Shown: positions 8,767-17,997, counted from the first letter of the stretch. The stretch: 64,000 nt of DNA from Steroidobacteraceae bacterium (GCA_036498905.1 DASYER010000075.1:7968-71967), one strand, 5' to 3'. A program made the numbers and translations. Notes: generated from the sequence alone by a model not told the origin.

Positions 8767-11700
8767 TCAAGCTTGCTCCGTAGTCGGTGCAAAAACGTCC
8801 GGTTCCAGTGCAATGAGCGCCGTGCCGGGTGCAATTGCCTGGCGTTCCTGGATATAGACTGCGCGTACAATTCCGGCAACGGGACTCGGCACACTGCACT
8901 CCGTCTTCATCGATTCGATTGCGGCAATCATCACGCCCTTCTCGAGTCGATCTCCCACCCGCACGGCGATGCGCCAGACGTTCCCGCCGAGCGGTGATTC
9001 CACGAGCTCGCAGCCAAGCGGCACGGTTGGGATTCCTGCATCAATGTTCTCGGGCGCGGACCCTTCCGGTGACAGTTCGCTGCGTTTGACCCAGGCTTCC
9101 CGTTCCGCCTCAAAGGCCGCGCCGCGTGTTCGTTGGAAGGACTCGATGCCAAAACGCTCCTCGTGCAGGAAGCGCTGGTAGTCCGCCAGCCGAAAGGTCT
9201 CGGTCTCGATATGCAAAGCGCGCCTGCCGACCGGGAAGTCACGCCGCCAGTCATTGAGCTCGGCGTGAGACACGGGAAAGAAGCGGATTTGATCGAAGAA
9301 GCGCAGCAGCCAGGGATGCTCGAGGAATTCGCCGCTTCGCCGGTAAGAGCTCCACATTTGCACCGTGCGTCCAAAAAGCTGATACCCGCCCGGGCCCTCC
9401 ATGCCGTAGATGCACAGATATGCACCTCCGATGCCAACTACATTCGGGGGAGTCCAGGTTCTTGCCGGGTTGTACTTCGTGGTGACCAGACGGTGACGTG
9501 GGTCGAGGGGCACGGCCACGGGCGCGCCGAGATAAACATCCCCCAGACCGAGAACCATGTAGCGCGCCGCGAATACAATGCGTTGAACGTCCTCCACCGA
9601 GGAGAGCCCATTGATGCGTCGGATGAACTCAATGTTGTCCGGGCACCAGGGCGCATCCGCGCGCACCGTACTCATATAGCGCTCGATCGTCTCGCCAACC
9701 GCCGGATCCGCAAAGGAAAGCGGCAGCCACACGATGCGCGAGGGGATCTCGAAATCCTGCAAACTGCCCAGGCGTGCCTCGCAATCACCCAGGTCGCGCA
9801 GCAATTTATCTAGTGACAGTACGTCCGGGTCATAGTGAATCTGCAGGGAGCGGATGCCCGGTGTCACCTCGAGGATGCCCGCTAGCCTGAGACGCTCCAG
9901 CTCCAGCATCAGGGCATGTACGCGCAAGCGCAGGGTGAGATCGAGGACGATTGGGCCGTATTCGACGAGTAGGTGCCGATCGCCCTGGCGACGATACAGC
10001 GTTCTGGGGCAGGACCCCCGTTCCTCAACAGTCCCCAGGACGGCACCGCTGCTCGAATGCGCCCTCGTGCCGCGTGCCGGCAGCTTCTCAGCGATATCCG
10101 CGTCGCGCATCGGGGCCCCTGCAATCCATGCCTTCTGCGCCTGCTCCGCCGCGCGCGCCGTCGACGCATCGACGCATTCGAATTGCACACTGTCCCCCGG
10201 GGCGAGCTGACCCAGCTTCCACAGATCCGCACTGATCACGACAAAGGGACAGACGAACCCTCCAAGCGAGGGGCCGTCCGGGCCCAGAATGATGGGCATG
10301 TCGCCCGTGAAATCGACGGCCCCCACCACATAGGCATTGTCGTGAATATTCGAAGGGTGAAGACCCGCCTCCCCGCCATCGCGGCGTGCCCACTGAGGTT
10401 TTGGTCCAAGGAGGCGCACGCCGGTGCGATTGGAGTTGTAGTGGACCTTCCATTGCGCACCCAAGATCGCGTCAATGTCCGCATCCGTGAAGAAATCCGG
10501 CGCGGCGTGCGGACCGGACAGCACACGCACACTCCATTTGTGAGTGAGTGCCGGCACCCTCGGAGCCTTTATCGTCAACTCTGGCCGCGCGTTGGAGGTC
10601 TGAGGGCGGTGAGATCCGAGATGCAGGACATCACCTGCCGCGAGATTGCGTCCCGCATGCCCTCCGAAGCGACCGAGCGTAAAGGTCGAGCGGCTGCCGA
10701 GGTACGGCGGCACTTCGATGCCCCCCGCAATGAGCACGTAGGCGCGCAAGCCGGGGCCACGTATACGTCCCAGTTTCAGAGTCTGGCCCACCTCGACAGT
10801 AGTCACGCGGTACGGCTCCAGTAAGGAACCATCCAGCCGCGCTTCGGCGTCCGCGCCTGCCAAGCATACGGCAGCGCGACTGCCGAACTGCAGGGTTGGA
10901 CCGATTGCCGTGACCTCAAGTCCCGGCGCCCCTTCGGAATTGCCGAGGAGACGATTACCGAGACGAAATGCGAGGCTATCCATCGGCCCGGATGGGGGGA
11001 CTCCAACGTTCCAGTATCCCCGCCGCCCCGGGTAGTCCTGAATGCTGGTGTCCAGTCCGCCGCTTAGCACGTGCACTGCCACGGAGGCATAGGGTAGGTC
11101 GGCCAGCGCCCGGGTCGTCACCCTGCCTGAAACGAACATCTCGCTGTGAGCGATCTGCTTCAACCGTTCCAGATTGGTCTCAAGACCCGCCAGGTGCGTC
11201 CTACCCAGGGCAAGCTGTAGGGCTCTCACCGTCGTTGCACGATCGGCCCCCGTGACAATGATTTTCGCGAGCAACGGATCGAAATGTGTGGTGACTTCCG
11301 TGCCCAACGTCACCCACGTCTCCAGGCGAATGTCGCTGGGCCACTCAACCTCGGTCAGCGTACCGCTGCTCGGACGATTCCCCTCGCTTGGATCTTCGGC
11401 GTACAGGCGCGCCTGAATGGCCCAGCCGCGCGCGCGCGGCGCCTTCTGCGGCGTGCTCCAGGTATCTAGAAAGGAGTAGTCCCCGCCGGCGCCTCGAACC
11501 ATCCACTCTATAAGATCGACCCCCGTAATTTCCTCCGTGACCGCGTGCTCGACCTGCAGGCGAGTGTTGACTTCAAGAAAATAGAATTCCTCGCGCGCCG
11601 GATCCAGCAGGAACTCCACCGTACCGGCAGAGCGATACTCGACGGCCGAGGCCAGGCGGATGGCGCACGCGGCCAGCGCAGTGCGTACTTCGGGTGCGAG

Positions 11701-12435
11701 ATGTGGCGCCGGCGCTTCTTCGATGACTTTCTGGTGGCGCCGCTGCAACGAGCAATCACGCTCACCCAATGCCACGACCCGACCGCTGCCGTCACCGAAG
11801 ATCTGAACCTCTACGTGACGCGCTTCGGGCAGCAACCGCTCGAGGTACATGCCCGCGTCGGCAAAATGACCGGCCGCGAGCCGCGAGACGACCGGAAATG
11901 CCTCCTCCAGGGCGCGCATGTCCTCGCAGGCGCGCATGCCGATGCCGCCACCCCCACCAGTCGCCTTGAGCATGACCGGAAAGCCGATGCCGCGCGCCGC
12001 CGCGCACGCAGCTGCCAGGTCCCTGAGCAGCTCCGAGCCCGGCACCAGCGGCACGGACTGTGCCCGCGCTATCGCGCGCGCCCGATGCTTGAGGCCAAAG
12101 GCCCGCATGTTCTTTGGCGTTGGGCCAATGAAGGTCAGTCCGGCCCGCTCGCACTGCTCAGCAAAATCCGCGTTCTCGCTTAAGAAGCCATATCCCGGAT
12201 GAATGGCTTGCGCACCAGTATGTTGAGCCGCGGCAATCATCGCCGCACCGTTGAGGTAACCGGCGCTGCCCTGGGAGCCGCCAAGACATACCGCCTCGCC
12301 GGCCTGCGCGACATGCAACGACCCGGCGTCCGATTCCGTGAAGACGGCCACGGACGCGACGCCCAGGCGGCGCAGAGTACGCAGTATCCGGCAGGCAATT
12401 GCGCCGCGATTGGCAATAAGCACCTTCTCAAGCAC
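8767..12435 (-). CDS. biotin-dependent urea/guanidine carboxylase (1222 aa)
   Basis: N-terminal biotin carboxylase (MLEKVLIANRGAIACRILRT, ATP-grasp), a central KipA/KipI-like carboxyltransferase region, and a C-terminal biotinyl domain with IESMKTE. Confidence 0.95.
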   Translation of the reverse strand: MLEKVLIANRGAIACRILRTLRRLGVASVAVFTESDAGSLHVAQAGEAVCLGGSQGSAGYLNGAAMIAAAQHTGAQAIHPGYGFLSENADFAEQCERAGLTFIGPTPKNMRAFGLKHRARAIARAQSVPLVPGSELLRDLAAACAAARGIGFPVMLKATGGGGGIGMRACEDMRALEEAFPVVSRLAAGHFADAGMYLERLLPEARHVEVQIFGDGSGRVVALGERDCSLQRRHQKVIEEAPAPHLAPEVRTALAACAIRLASAVEYRSAGTVEFLLDPAREEFYFLEVNTRLQVEHAVTEEITGVDLIEWMVRGAGGDYSFLDTWSTPQKAPRARGWAIQARLYAEDPSEGNRPSSGTLTEVEWPSDIRLETWVTLGTEVTTHFDPLLAKIIVTGADRATTVRALQLALGRTHLAGLETNLERLKQIAHSEMFVSGRVTTRALADLPYASVAVHVLSGGLDTSIQDYPGRRGYWNVGVPPSGPMDSLAFRLGNRLLGNSEGAPGLEVTAIGPTLQFGSRAAVCLAGADAEARLDGSLLEPYRVTTVEVGQTLKLGRIRGPGLRAYVLIAGGIEVPPYLGSRSTFTLGRFGGHAGRNLAAGDVLHLGSHRPQTSNARPELTIKAPRVPALTHKWSVRVLSGPHAAPDFFTDADIDAILGAQWKVHYNSNRTGVRLLGPKPQWARRDGGEAGLHPSNIHDNAYVVGAVDFTGDMPIILGPDGPSLGGFVCPFVVISADLWKLGQLAPGDSVQFECVDASTARAAEQAQKAWIAGAPMRDADIAEKLPARGTRAHSSSGAVLGTVEERGSCPRTLYRRQGDRHLLVEYGPIVLDLTLRLRVHALMLELERLRLAGILEVTPGIRSLQIHYDPDVLSLDKLLRDLGDCEARLGSLQDFEIPSRIVWLPLSFADPAVGETIERYMSTVRADAPWCPDNIEFIRRINGLSSVEDVQRIVFAARYMVLGLGDVYLGAPVAVPLDPRHRLVTTKYNPARTWTPPNVVGIGGAYLCIYGMEGPGGYQLFGRTVQMWSSYRRSGEFLEHPWLLRFFDQIRFFPVSHAELNDWRRDFPVGRRALHIETETFRLADYQRFLHEERFGIESFQRTRGAAFEAEREAWVKRSELSPEGSAPENIDAGIPTVPLGCELVESPLGGNVWRIAVRVGDRLEKGVMIAAIESMKTECSVPSPVAGIVRAVYIQERQAIAPGTALIALEPDVFAPTTEQA

Positions 12436-12447
12436 GCCTCACACCCA

Positions 12448-13095
12448 TCAGCGCTGGCCCATGCCGGAGGCGACAAGAATCCGCACGGGCGAGGGATTAA
12501 ATCCGTTGCATGGATTGTTCACTTGCGGGCAGTTGGAAATGACGGCTACGACGTCCATCAACATCTCCAGATCCACATAAAGGCCCGGAGCCGAAATTCC
12601 GTCGACGATTCCCAAAGTGCCATCCGCCTCAACCGGCACGTTCATGAACCAATTGATATTCGACACGATGTCGCGCTTGGTTCGACCGCGGCGCGCATTC
12701 GCCAGCAGAAAATTCTCTACGCAGGCATGCTGCGATTTTGTGTGATAGCCGTACCGCAGCGTATTGCTCTCGCAACTGCACGCTCCGCCGATGGTGTCGT
12801 GGTAGGCGACAGTCGTTGCCGCAATCCGCGCCATGGCGCGACCTTCGTTCGACATCAGAACCGTCCCGGTGCGCAGGAATATGTTCTGTTGTTCGCAAAT
12901 CGTGTCCTGCGCACTGTAGCGTTCCGTATCGTCATGTGCCGCATAGAGCAGGAAGTCGACCGCCTGGTTGCCTTCGATGTCGAGGATGCGCAGTGTCTGG
13001 CCCGCCTGTACGAGGTGATCCCAGGCCCCGCGCGCAGGAATCACCTCGTCGAGCAATATTTCTCGCAATAGCCCCGCACTGGTGGATTTGCTCAT
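12448..13095 (-). CDS. DUF1989 protein, urea-carboxylase-associated type 2 (carboxyguanidine deiminase subunit candidate)
   Basis: 215 aa, directly upstream of the carboxylase with a 12 nt gap. Size and position match the UAAP2 member of the conserved pair. Confidence 0.8.
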   Translation of the reverse strand: MSKSTSAGLLREILLDEVIPARGAWDHLVQAGQTLRILDIEGNQAVDFLLYAAHDDTERYSAQDTICEQQNIFLRTGTVLMSNEGRAMARIAATTVAYHDTIGGACSCESNTLRYGYHTKSQHACVENFLLANARRGRTKRDIVSNINWFMNVPVEADGTLGIVDGISAPGLYVDLEMLMDVVAVISNCPQVNNPCNGFNPSPVRILVASGMGQR

Positions 13096-13143
13096 GGCGC
13101 AGAACCATCCAACTTCTCAGGTCCGTGCAAATTGTGTGCAATC

Positions 13144-13974
13144 TCAGCGACGGAAGTACTCCTCGACATTGAGGAAAGCCCGCATTGCTTCGGGCGTCGC
13201 ATTACGCACTTCATCTTCGCCGTCTGCGATCGGGCCCCGCCAGGCGCAAACCCGGACCGGCGTAACGGCATAGTCCGGGCGTGCATCCAGCACATGCGGA
13301 CAATTGGCCATTACAATGATGACGTCCATTTCGGCACGCAGCGTAAGTGCCCGGCCTGACGCGAACGGGCCGGCTTGCAACATCGTGGTGCCGTCAGGCG
13401 CAATCTGCACCGATTTGAACCAGTTGATGCAGGGATGCACATCCTTCGCACCAAGGCCGAACTTCGCGGCGCCCAGCAATAGCCGATCACGTGCGGCCGG
13501 GGTGTCGCTCCAGTTGGCTCCGCTGCCGTATCTTCTGGCGTTAGTGCGTTCGTTCGAAGGCCCGCAGAACGCGTCATGGGTTCGGGCCTCGTCTTCGAGG
13601 ATGCTGAGAAGAACTCTGCCCATGTCGGAAAGCAGCACCCGACCCGCTTGTAGTTCCGCCGTCCACTGCACTTTGAGCGTATCGGCGACATTCAGTCGCT
13701 CATCCGGCCGCTCGGCATTGAAGATCAGCATCGACACGCACGCATCCCCGTGTAAGTCGATGAGACGCAATCGCGCACCCCGCCCGAGTTCCTTGGCGGC
13801 GTAGCCGCCCGCTCCGAGGGTTTCCTCCCAGAGCATGCTCCCGGCGGCGACCCCATCGGGAAGATCCGTACTGTTGCTCGCCGGTACCGTAGGCATGGCC
13901 TGCACCCGCATGTCTGCCATGGACCGCGCGTGCGCGCGTGCGCTTTTTGGATCGGCGGTGGCGGATTCCTTCAT
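13144..13974 (-). CDS. DUF1989 protein, urea-carboxylase-associated type 1 (carboxyguanidine deiminase subunit candidate)
   Basis: 276 aa paralog of the next gene, in the UAAP1 position. The ATG lies 13 nt after the TonB-receptor stop with AAGGCGGGG upstream. Confidence 0.8.
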   Translation of the reverse strand: MKESATADPKSARAHARSMADMRVQAMPTVPASNSTDLPDGVAAGSMLWEETLGAGGYAAKELGRGARLRLIDLHGDACVSMLIFNAERPDERLNVADTLKVQWTAELQAGRVLLSDMGRVLLSILEDEARTHDAFCGPSNERTNARRYGSGANWSDTPAARDRLLLGAAKFGLGAKDVHPCINWFKSVQIAPDGTTMLQAGPFASGRALTLRAEMDVIIVMANCPHVLDARPDYAVTPVRVCAWRGPIADGEDEVRNATPEAMRAFLNVEEYFRR

Positions 13975-13987
13975 GTGCCCCGCCTTG

Positions 13988-16618
13988 CTACTGGTACGAG
14001 TAGCCGACCGTCAGCCCGACGGTACGAGGTTGCGACACGATAGCTTGGGCGCGGTTGCCGAATATGGCCGGATCCTGATAGGACGTCACGCCCAGATTGT
14101 TCGTGAGATTATTTACGAACAAGGCCATGCTCCAATGCGCCCCCTCGTATCCGGCGCGGGCACTCGCCATCGTATAGCCGCCGACGGTGGGCACGGTTGC
14201 CGATAGCGCCGGTAACACCGCACTTTGATAGTGCCCACTAACAGAGAAATATAGCTCGCCCTGATTGAGCGGAATGTGTCCGTACTTCAAGGTAAGCGCG
14301 ACGCTGTTGCGCGGCGTGCCAGGCAGTGCTGTGCCAATGCCCGGCGGCGGTGCAGAAACGTTTGGCAACACAAACAGTGGATTCAGGGACGTTATTTTCG
14401 TTTGATCGTAGGTATAGTCGAGCTGTCCCTCGAGATGACGCGTGACGAGCGCATCCATTTCAGTCTCAATGCCCTTACTATAGGCATCCCCGATATTCAT
14501 CGATGCCGGAAGTACCAGGGGTGTGAGCTGCAACCCTTCCTGCACGTTTCGCCAGTCGATATAGTATCCGGCGAGGGAGTATTTGAACCTACTTTCGACG
14601 GTTCCCTTGAAGCCGATTTCGTAATTGTTCGCGGTGTCGGGCGAGAGCTGTCTCAGCTTGTCCGGCAGAGTATAGAGACCACCCAGCTCGGAGGAAGGCA
14701 GCGCGTTCACGCTGCCACGCCGAAACCCCTGCGAGAAGGTTGCGTAGACCAGATTGGTCTTGTCCAGCTGATAGGAGGTGTTGAACTTCCACGTCGCGCG
14801 ACGCCAGGTGTCGCTCAGGGAGATGTTCGCAATCGGGATGCCAGGCGCGAAGAACGGCCCCGCATCGAACAGCAAGCCGGTCTGCTGGGACGCAGCGATA
14901 GTCTGTTTGAAGACACGCCCACCCCCGGTCACACTCCAATTGGAGGTGACGTGCCAAGTGATATCACCGAAAAGCGCGAGATCCTTGAACGTGGTTTCGA
15001 AGTCTCCGATATAGGCCTGGTCCTTCACAATTGGAATTCCGGCATACGAGCTGACGAGGCCGGCACCCGTCTCCCCGACTCCGCAGTACGAAGGTGTGGT
15101 GCCATCGCCCGAGCTCTGACCGTAGATTGGCTGGCACGAGTTGTACCAGTCGAGATAACCGGGTTCGAAATCGTGCTCCTGGATATCGGTCTGCTGGTGA
15201 TTAAAGAACAGGCCTGCCACCCACTCCAATGCACCCCCGTCCTTGGAAGCCAGCCGCAGCTCCTGTGTTATCGGCCTGTCGTCGAGCCGCTCATAGCCTT
15301 GAATGAAGGTTCGTGGAAACTGGCCGTAGAGGCTCTGATAGAAGAAGAAGTTGCTGTACTGGGCAGTCTCATCCGCCCGCGTCCGATTTGAGTGATCCGC
15401 CCACGAGGTCGATGAAGAGAGAGTCGCGAACCCCAAGTCGTATTCCAGACTCAGCGCGACCAGGTCGACTTTGTCCGTCGTGGTTGTCGCACTGTTCTCG
15501 GCATCCGATAGGCGGTCAATGCCAGACGGCACAGATTCACTGTACAGCTGCGGCGCAAGCGGCGGATTGGTGAAAGTACCGCCAGGCTGAGTGTTGGGGC
15601 TTATAGGCATATTGAACGCAGCGGTGCTGGTTGCTGCGTACGGATAACCCTGAGCCGTCGAGAGCTGATGATAGTAGGAAAGTTGCGCGCGAAAGGCATC
15701 GCTGGGCTTCCACAGTGCCGAAATGCGCGCCGTTGTGTATCCGTAGTCGTTTACATGATCACGACCGTAGAATTCCGGCGCGCTGAACAGGTTTCCGGGC
15801 TGTGCCGCTATAGGCGCTCCGTTTGAATCAAGCGCGAACAGATTCGGCTGATTGATGAATCCGGCATCATGCGAGAAGCTGGCGTTGCCGCGGACAGCAA
15901 ACGTTTCGCTCAACGGAATGTTGATCATTCCACTCACGTTTTCGTTCGGCGCGCCCGTATGCTGCGTGTCGCTGATCGTCGCGTCTACTTTCGCATCGAA
16001 TCCGGTGGGATCCGGTGCGTGCTGGATGAACTTGATTGTTCCACCCAAGGATCCTGAGCCGTACAGAGTTCCCTGCGGACCCTTCAGAACCTCGACGCGT
16101 TCGAGATCCTGAAAGCGCAGACTCACGAAAATCGGAGTGTCATCGACATAAGTGGACACCGGCGGCACCACAGGTGACGCCGCGGCCGGCAGGCCCGCTG
16201 TCGTCTCACTGTTAAGTCCGCGAATCACCAGATTTGCACCGTTGACGCCGCTGAATGGTCCCTTGTCCGTGTAGTTCACACCCGACAAAATGTGCGACAG
16301 ATCGGAGATGTCCTCGATGCCGCCCTGTTTGAGCTGCTCACCCGTTATCGCGATGATGCTGAGAGGAACATTCTGCGCCGACACCTCGTGACGCGTGGCT
16401 GTCACAACTACTTCAGCCAGACCCGTATCGGCGACACTCGCGCCTGCCTCGGCGACGGTCGCAGCACTCGAAATCTCCGTCGTGGCGTTCGTGCCGTTCT
16501 CTGCGCTTGCCGCGGCGGCATACAGAATGGCAATAACAGTCGCAGCCACCGTACTGACTTCACGGCGATGCGGTTGAAGATGGGACTCTTTAGCGACCCG
16601 AATTCGTGGGACTACCAT
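13988..16618 (-). CDS. TonB-dependent outer-membrane receptor
   Basis: Signal peptide (VSTVAATVIAILYAAAASA) and a plug region (AEVVVTATRHEVSAQNVPLSIIAITGEQLKQGGIEDISDL, VEVLKGPQGTLYGSGSLGGTI). A long beta-barrel ends in TVGLTVGYSYQ. The start is uncertain: ATG 16618 (AGGAGG 10 nt upstream) or ATG 16720 (GAGGAG 6 nt upstream). Confidence 0.9.
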   Translation of the reverse strand: MVVPRIRVAKESHLQPHRREVSTVAATVIAILYAAAASAENGTNATTEISSAATVAEAGASVADTGLAEVVVTATRHEVSAQNVPLSIIAITGEQLKQGGIEDISDLSHILSGVNYTDKGPFSGVNGANLVIRGLNSETTAGLPAAASPVVPPVSTYVDDTPIFVSLRFQDLERVEVLKGPQGTLYGSGSLGGTIKFIQHAPDPTGFDAKVDATISDTQHTGAPNENVSGMINIPLSETFAVRGNASFSHDAGFINQPNLFALDSNGAPIAAQPGNLFSAPEFYGRDHVNDYGYTTARISALWKPSDAFRAQLSYYHQLSTAQGYPYAATSTAAFNMPISPNTQPGGTFTNPPLAPQLYSESVPSGIDRLSDAENSATTTTDKVDLVALSLEYDLGFATLSSSTSWADHSNRTRADETAQYSNFFFYQSLYGQFPRTFIQGYERLDDRPITQELRLASKDGGALEWVAGLFFNHQQTDIQEHDFEPGYLDWYNSCQPIYGQSSGDGTTPSYCGVGETGAGLVSSYAGIPIVKDQAYIGDFETTFKDLALFGDITWHVTSNWSVTGGGRVFKQTIAASQQTGLLFDAGPFFAPGIPIANISLSDTWRRATWKFNTSYQLDKTNLVYATFSQGFRRGSVNALPSSELGGLYTLPDKLRQLSPDTANNYEIGFKGTVESRFKYSLAGYYIDWRNVQEGLQLTPLVLPASMNIGDAYSKGIETEMDALVTRHLEGQLDYTYDQTKITSLNPLFVLPNVSAPPPGIGTALPGTPRNSVALTLKYGHIPLNQGELYFSVSGHYQSAVLPALSATVPTVGGYTMASARAGYEGAHWSMALFVNNLTNNLGVTSYQDPAIFGNRAQAIVSQPRTVGLTVGYSYQ

Positions 16619-16740
16619 TGCCGATGGACCTCCTAGCACAAGCCGTTGCCCGACATGCGAGGAGCGTCGTGAATTCGGTATCGGGGCAACCACCGCGACG
16701 GAGATCGTCCCGAAGGCCATCACTGGCTCCTCGCAACCCA

Positions 16741-16850
16741 ATCTCCCGGGCTTTTATCCCGCCGTGTATCCAAGTCGCTTTACTGCGCTCCTGGACTGCC
16801 TCTCTCGGACCAGACACCCGTTTCAGCAACAGGCCGGAACCCTAGACGCA
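16741..16850 (-). promoter_or_regulatory. ykkC: guanidine-I riboswitch aptamer (ykkC-yxkD class, subtype 1)
   Basis: The minus strand reads CUAGGGUUCCGGC..UGGUCCGAGAG..ACACGGCGGGAUAAAAGCCCGGGAGA, i.e. all three near-invariant blocks in the right order and spacing over about 105 nt. The gene context (carboxylase, allophanate hydrolase, NitT/TauT ABC) is the classic one. Confidence 0.9.
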
Positions 16851-16851
16851 C

Positions 16852-16881
16852 ATTTCAACTATTCCATGCACTCCGTTGCAA
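16852..16881 (-). promoter_or_regulatory. candidate sigma-70 promoter for the riboswitch transcript
   Basis: Minus strand: TTGCAA (16876-16881), an 18-nt spacer, then TGAAAT (16852-16857). This would place the transcription start at the first aptamer nucleotides. Called by eye only. Confidence 0.25.
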
Positions 16882-17084
16882 GGGTTGTGCCGATATCCAT
16901 CGTTGCAGAGCGGCTGCATTGTTCAGCTCACGAAAACAACGTGTTACGCGGGCAAATGCAGTTGCGCGGCACCTGGGGATCGGGCCTGCGTGTGCCCCAG
17001 CACAGGGCCTTTCGGACTTTCTGCCCCAGGATTGACCAGCCCGCCAGAGTCACGGACACCTTCAGATGCGTCCACAATGTGGGG

Positions 17085-17855
17085 ATGGGACTTCAGATTG
17101 CGAACCGATGGTTCGAGTTCGAGCGCGTTAGTGATGGCATCACGCGCATTTGGGAGCCTCACGTCATCAGGGTCATGCAATGCAATGTCTGGCACGTGCG
17201 GGGGCGAGACCGCGACCTCATTATCGATACCGGAATGGGGCTCAGCAGTCTCACGTGTGCGGCCGCGGATGTGTTTTCCAAGCCGCTCACCGCCGTCGCG
17301 ACACACACTCATCTGGATCATGTGGGCTCATTGCATGAGTTTTCGGAGCGTGTCGTGCACATCTCCGAGGCTGAGCGCCTGACGCGGCCGTCCGATAACT
17401 TCAGCATGCTGCGCGAGGATCACACGGTGGAGTTCATCGCTGCATTGGAGCATGCCGGGTACGAAGTCGGTGACACTTTCATTACCGCCCTTCCGTGCGC
17501 GGATTTCAATCTACGGAAGTTCGCGTGTCCGGCGGCACCGGCGACGCGCGTAGTACGGGAGGGCGACGTGCTCGACTTGGGAGACCGGGTGTTTGAAATA
17601 CTGCACTTGCCAGGACATTCGCCCGGAAGCATCGGCTTGTGGGAGGCAGCGACGCGGATCTTCTTCTCCGGTGATGCCATTTATGATGGACCACTACTCG
17701 ATGAATTGCCCGGCAGCGACATCGCCGTTTACACGGCAACCATGCGACGAATTGAAACACTGCCCGCGCGCGTGGTGCACGCGGGCCATGATCCCAGCTT
17801 TGGCGGCGCACGGTTGCGAGAGCTCGCCAGAGCGTATCTCCAGCGACGCTCCTAA
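17085..17855 (+). CDS. MBL-fold metallo-hydrolase (256 aa)
   Basis: HxHxDH motif THTHLDHVGS and a later HLPGHSPGS. Start trimmed to ATG 17085 (MGLQIANRWFEF), because the longer ORF would run across the riboswitch region. Confidence 0.85.
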   Translation: MGLQIANRWFEFERVSDGITRIWEPHVIRVMQCNVWHVRGRDRDLIIDTGMGLSSLTCAAADVFSKPLTAVATHTHLDHVGSLHEFSERVVHISEAERLTRPSDNFSMLREDHTVEFIAALEHAGYEVGDTFITALPCADFNLRKFACPAAPATRVVREGDVLDLGDRVFEILHLPGHSPGSIGLWEAATRIFFSGDAIYDGPLLDELPGSDIAVYTATMRRIETLPARVVHAGHDPSFGGARLRELARAYLQRRS

Positions 17856-17997
17856 GCGCAACTGATCGAGCTCGCCAAATCCCGCACGCCGCCGGGATGC
17901 TCAGCCTGTAGCCGCTGACCATCCGCTTCTTCATCACACCGCCAGGGGCAGCGCATGCGCGCGAATTTCCTGCGCCAAGATCGGCAGCTGATGAATC

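Noticed and set aside
9973-10824. 283-aa plus-strand ORF (and many similar ones between 8800 and 12400) inside the carboxylase gene
   Set aside because: It is antisense to a 1222-aa gene with unmistakable biotin-carboxylase and BCCP motifs. The product is Arg/Pro/Ala-rich with no motifs, which is a typical high-GC shadow ORF.
14276-15391. 371-aa plus-strand ORF inside the TonB-dependent receptor gene
   Set aside because: It is antisense to a clearly recognisable receptor and has no domain signature. It is an artefact of stop-codon-poor GC-rich DNA.
16764-17084. Long N-terminal extension of the MBL-hydrolase ORF (ORF track start 16764)
   Set aside because: The extension would be translated across the complementary strand of the riboswitch and its promoter. 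The conserved MBL fold begins right after ATG 17085.
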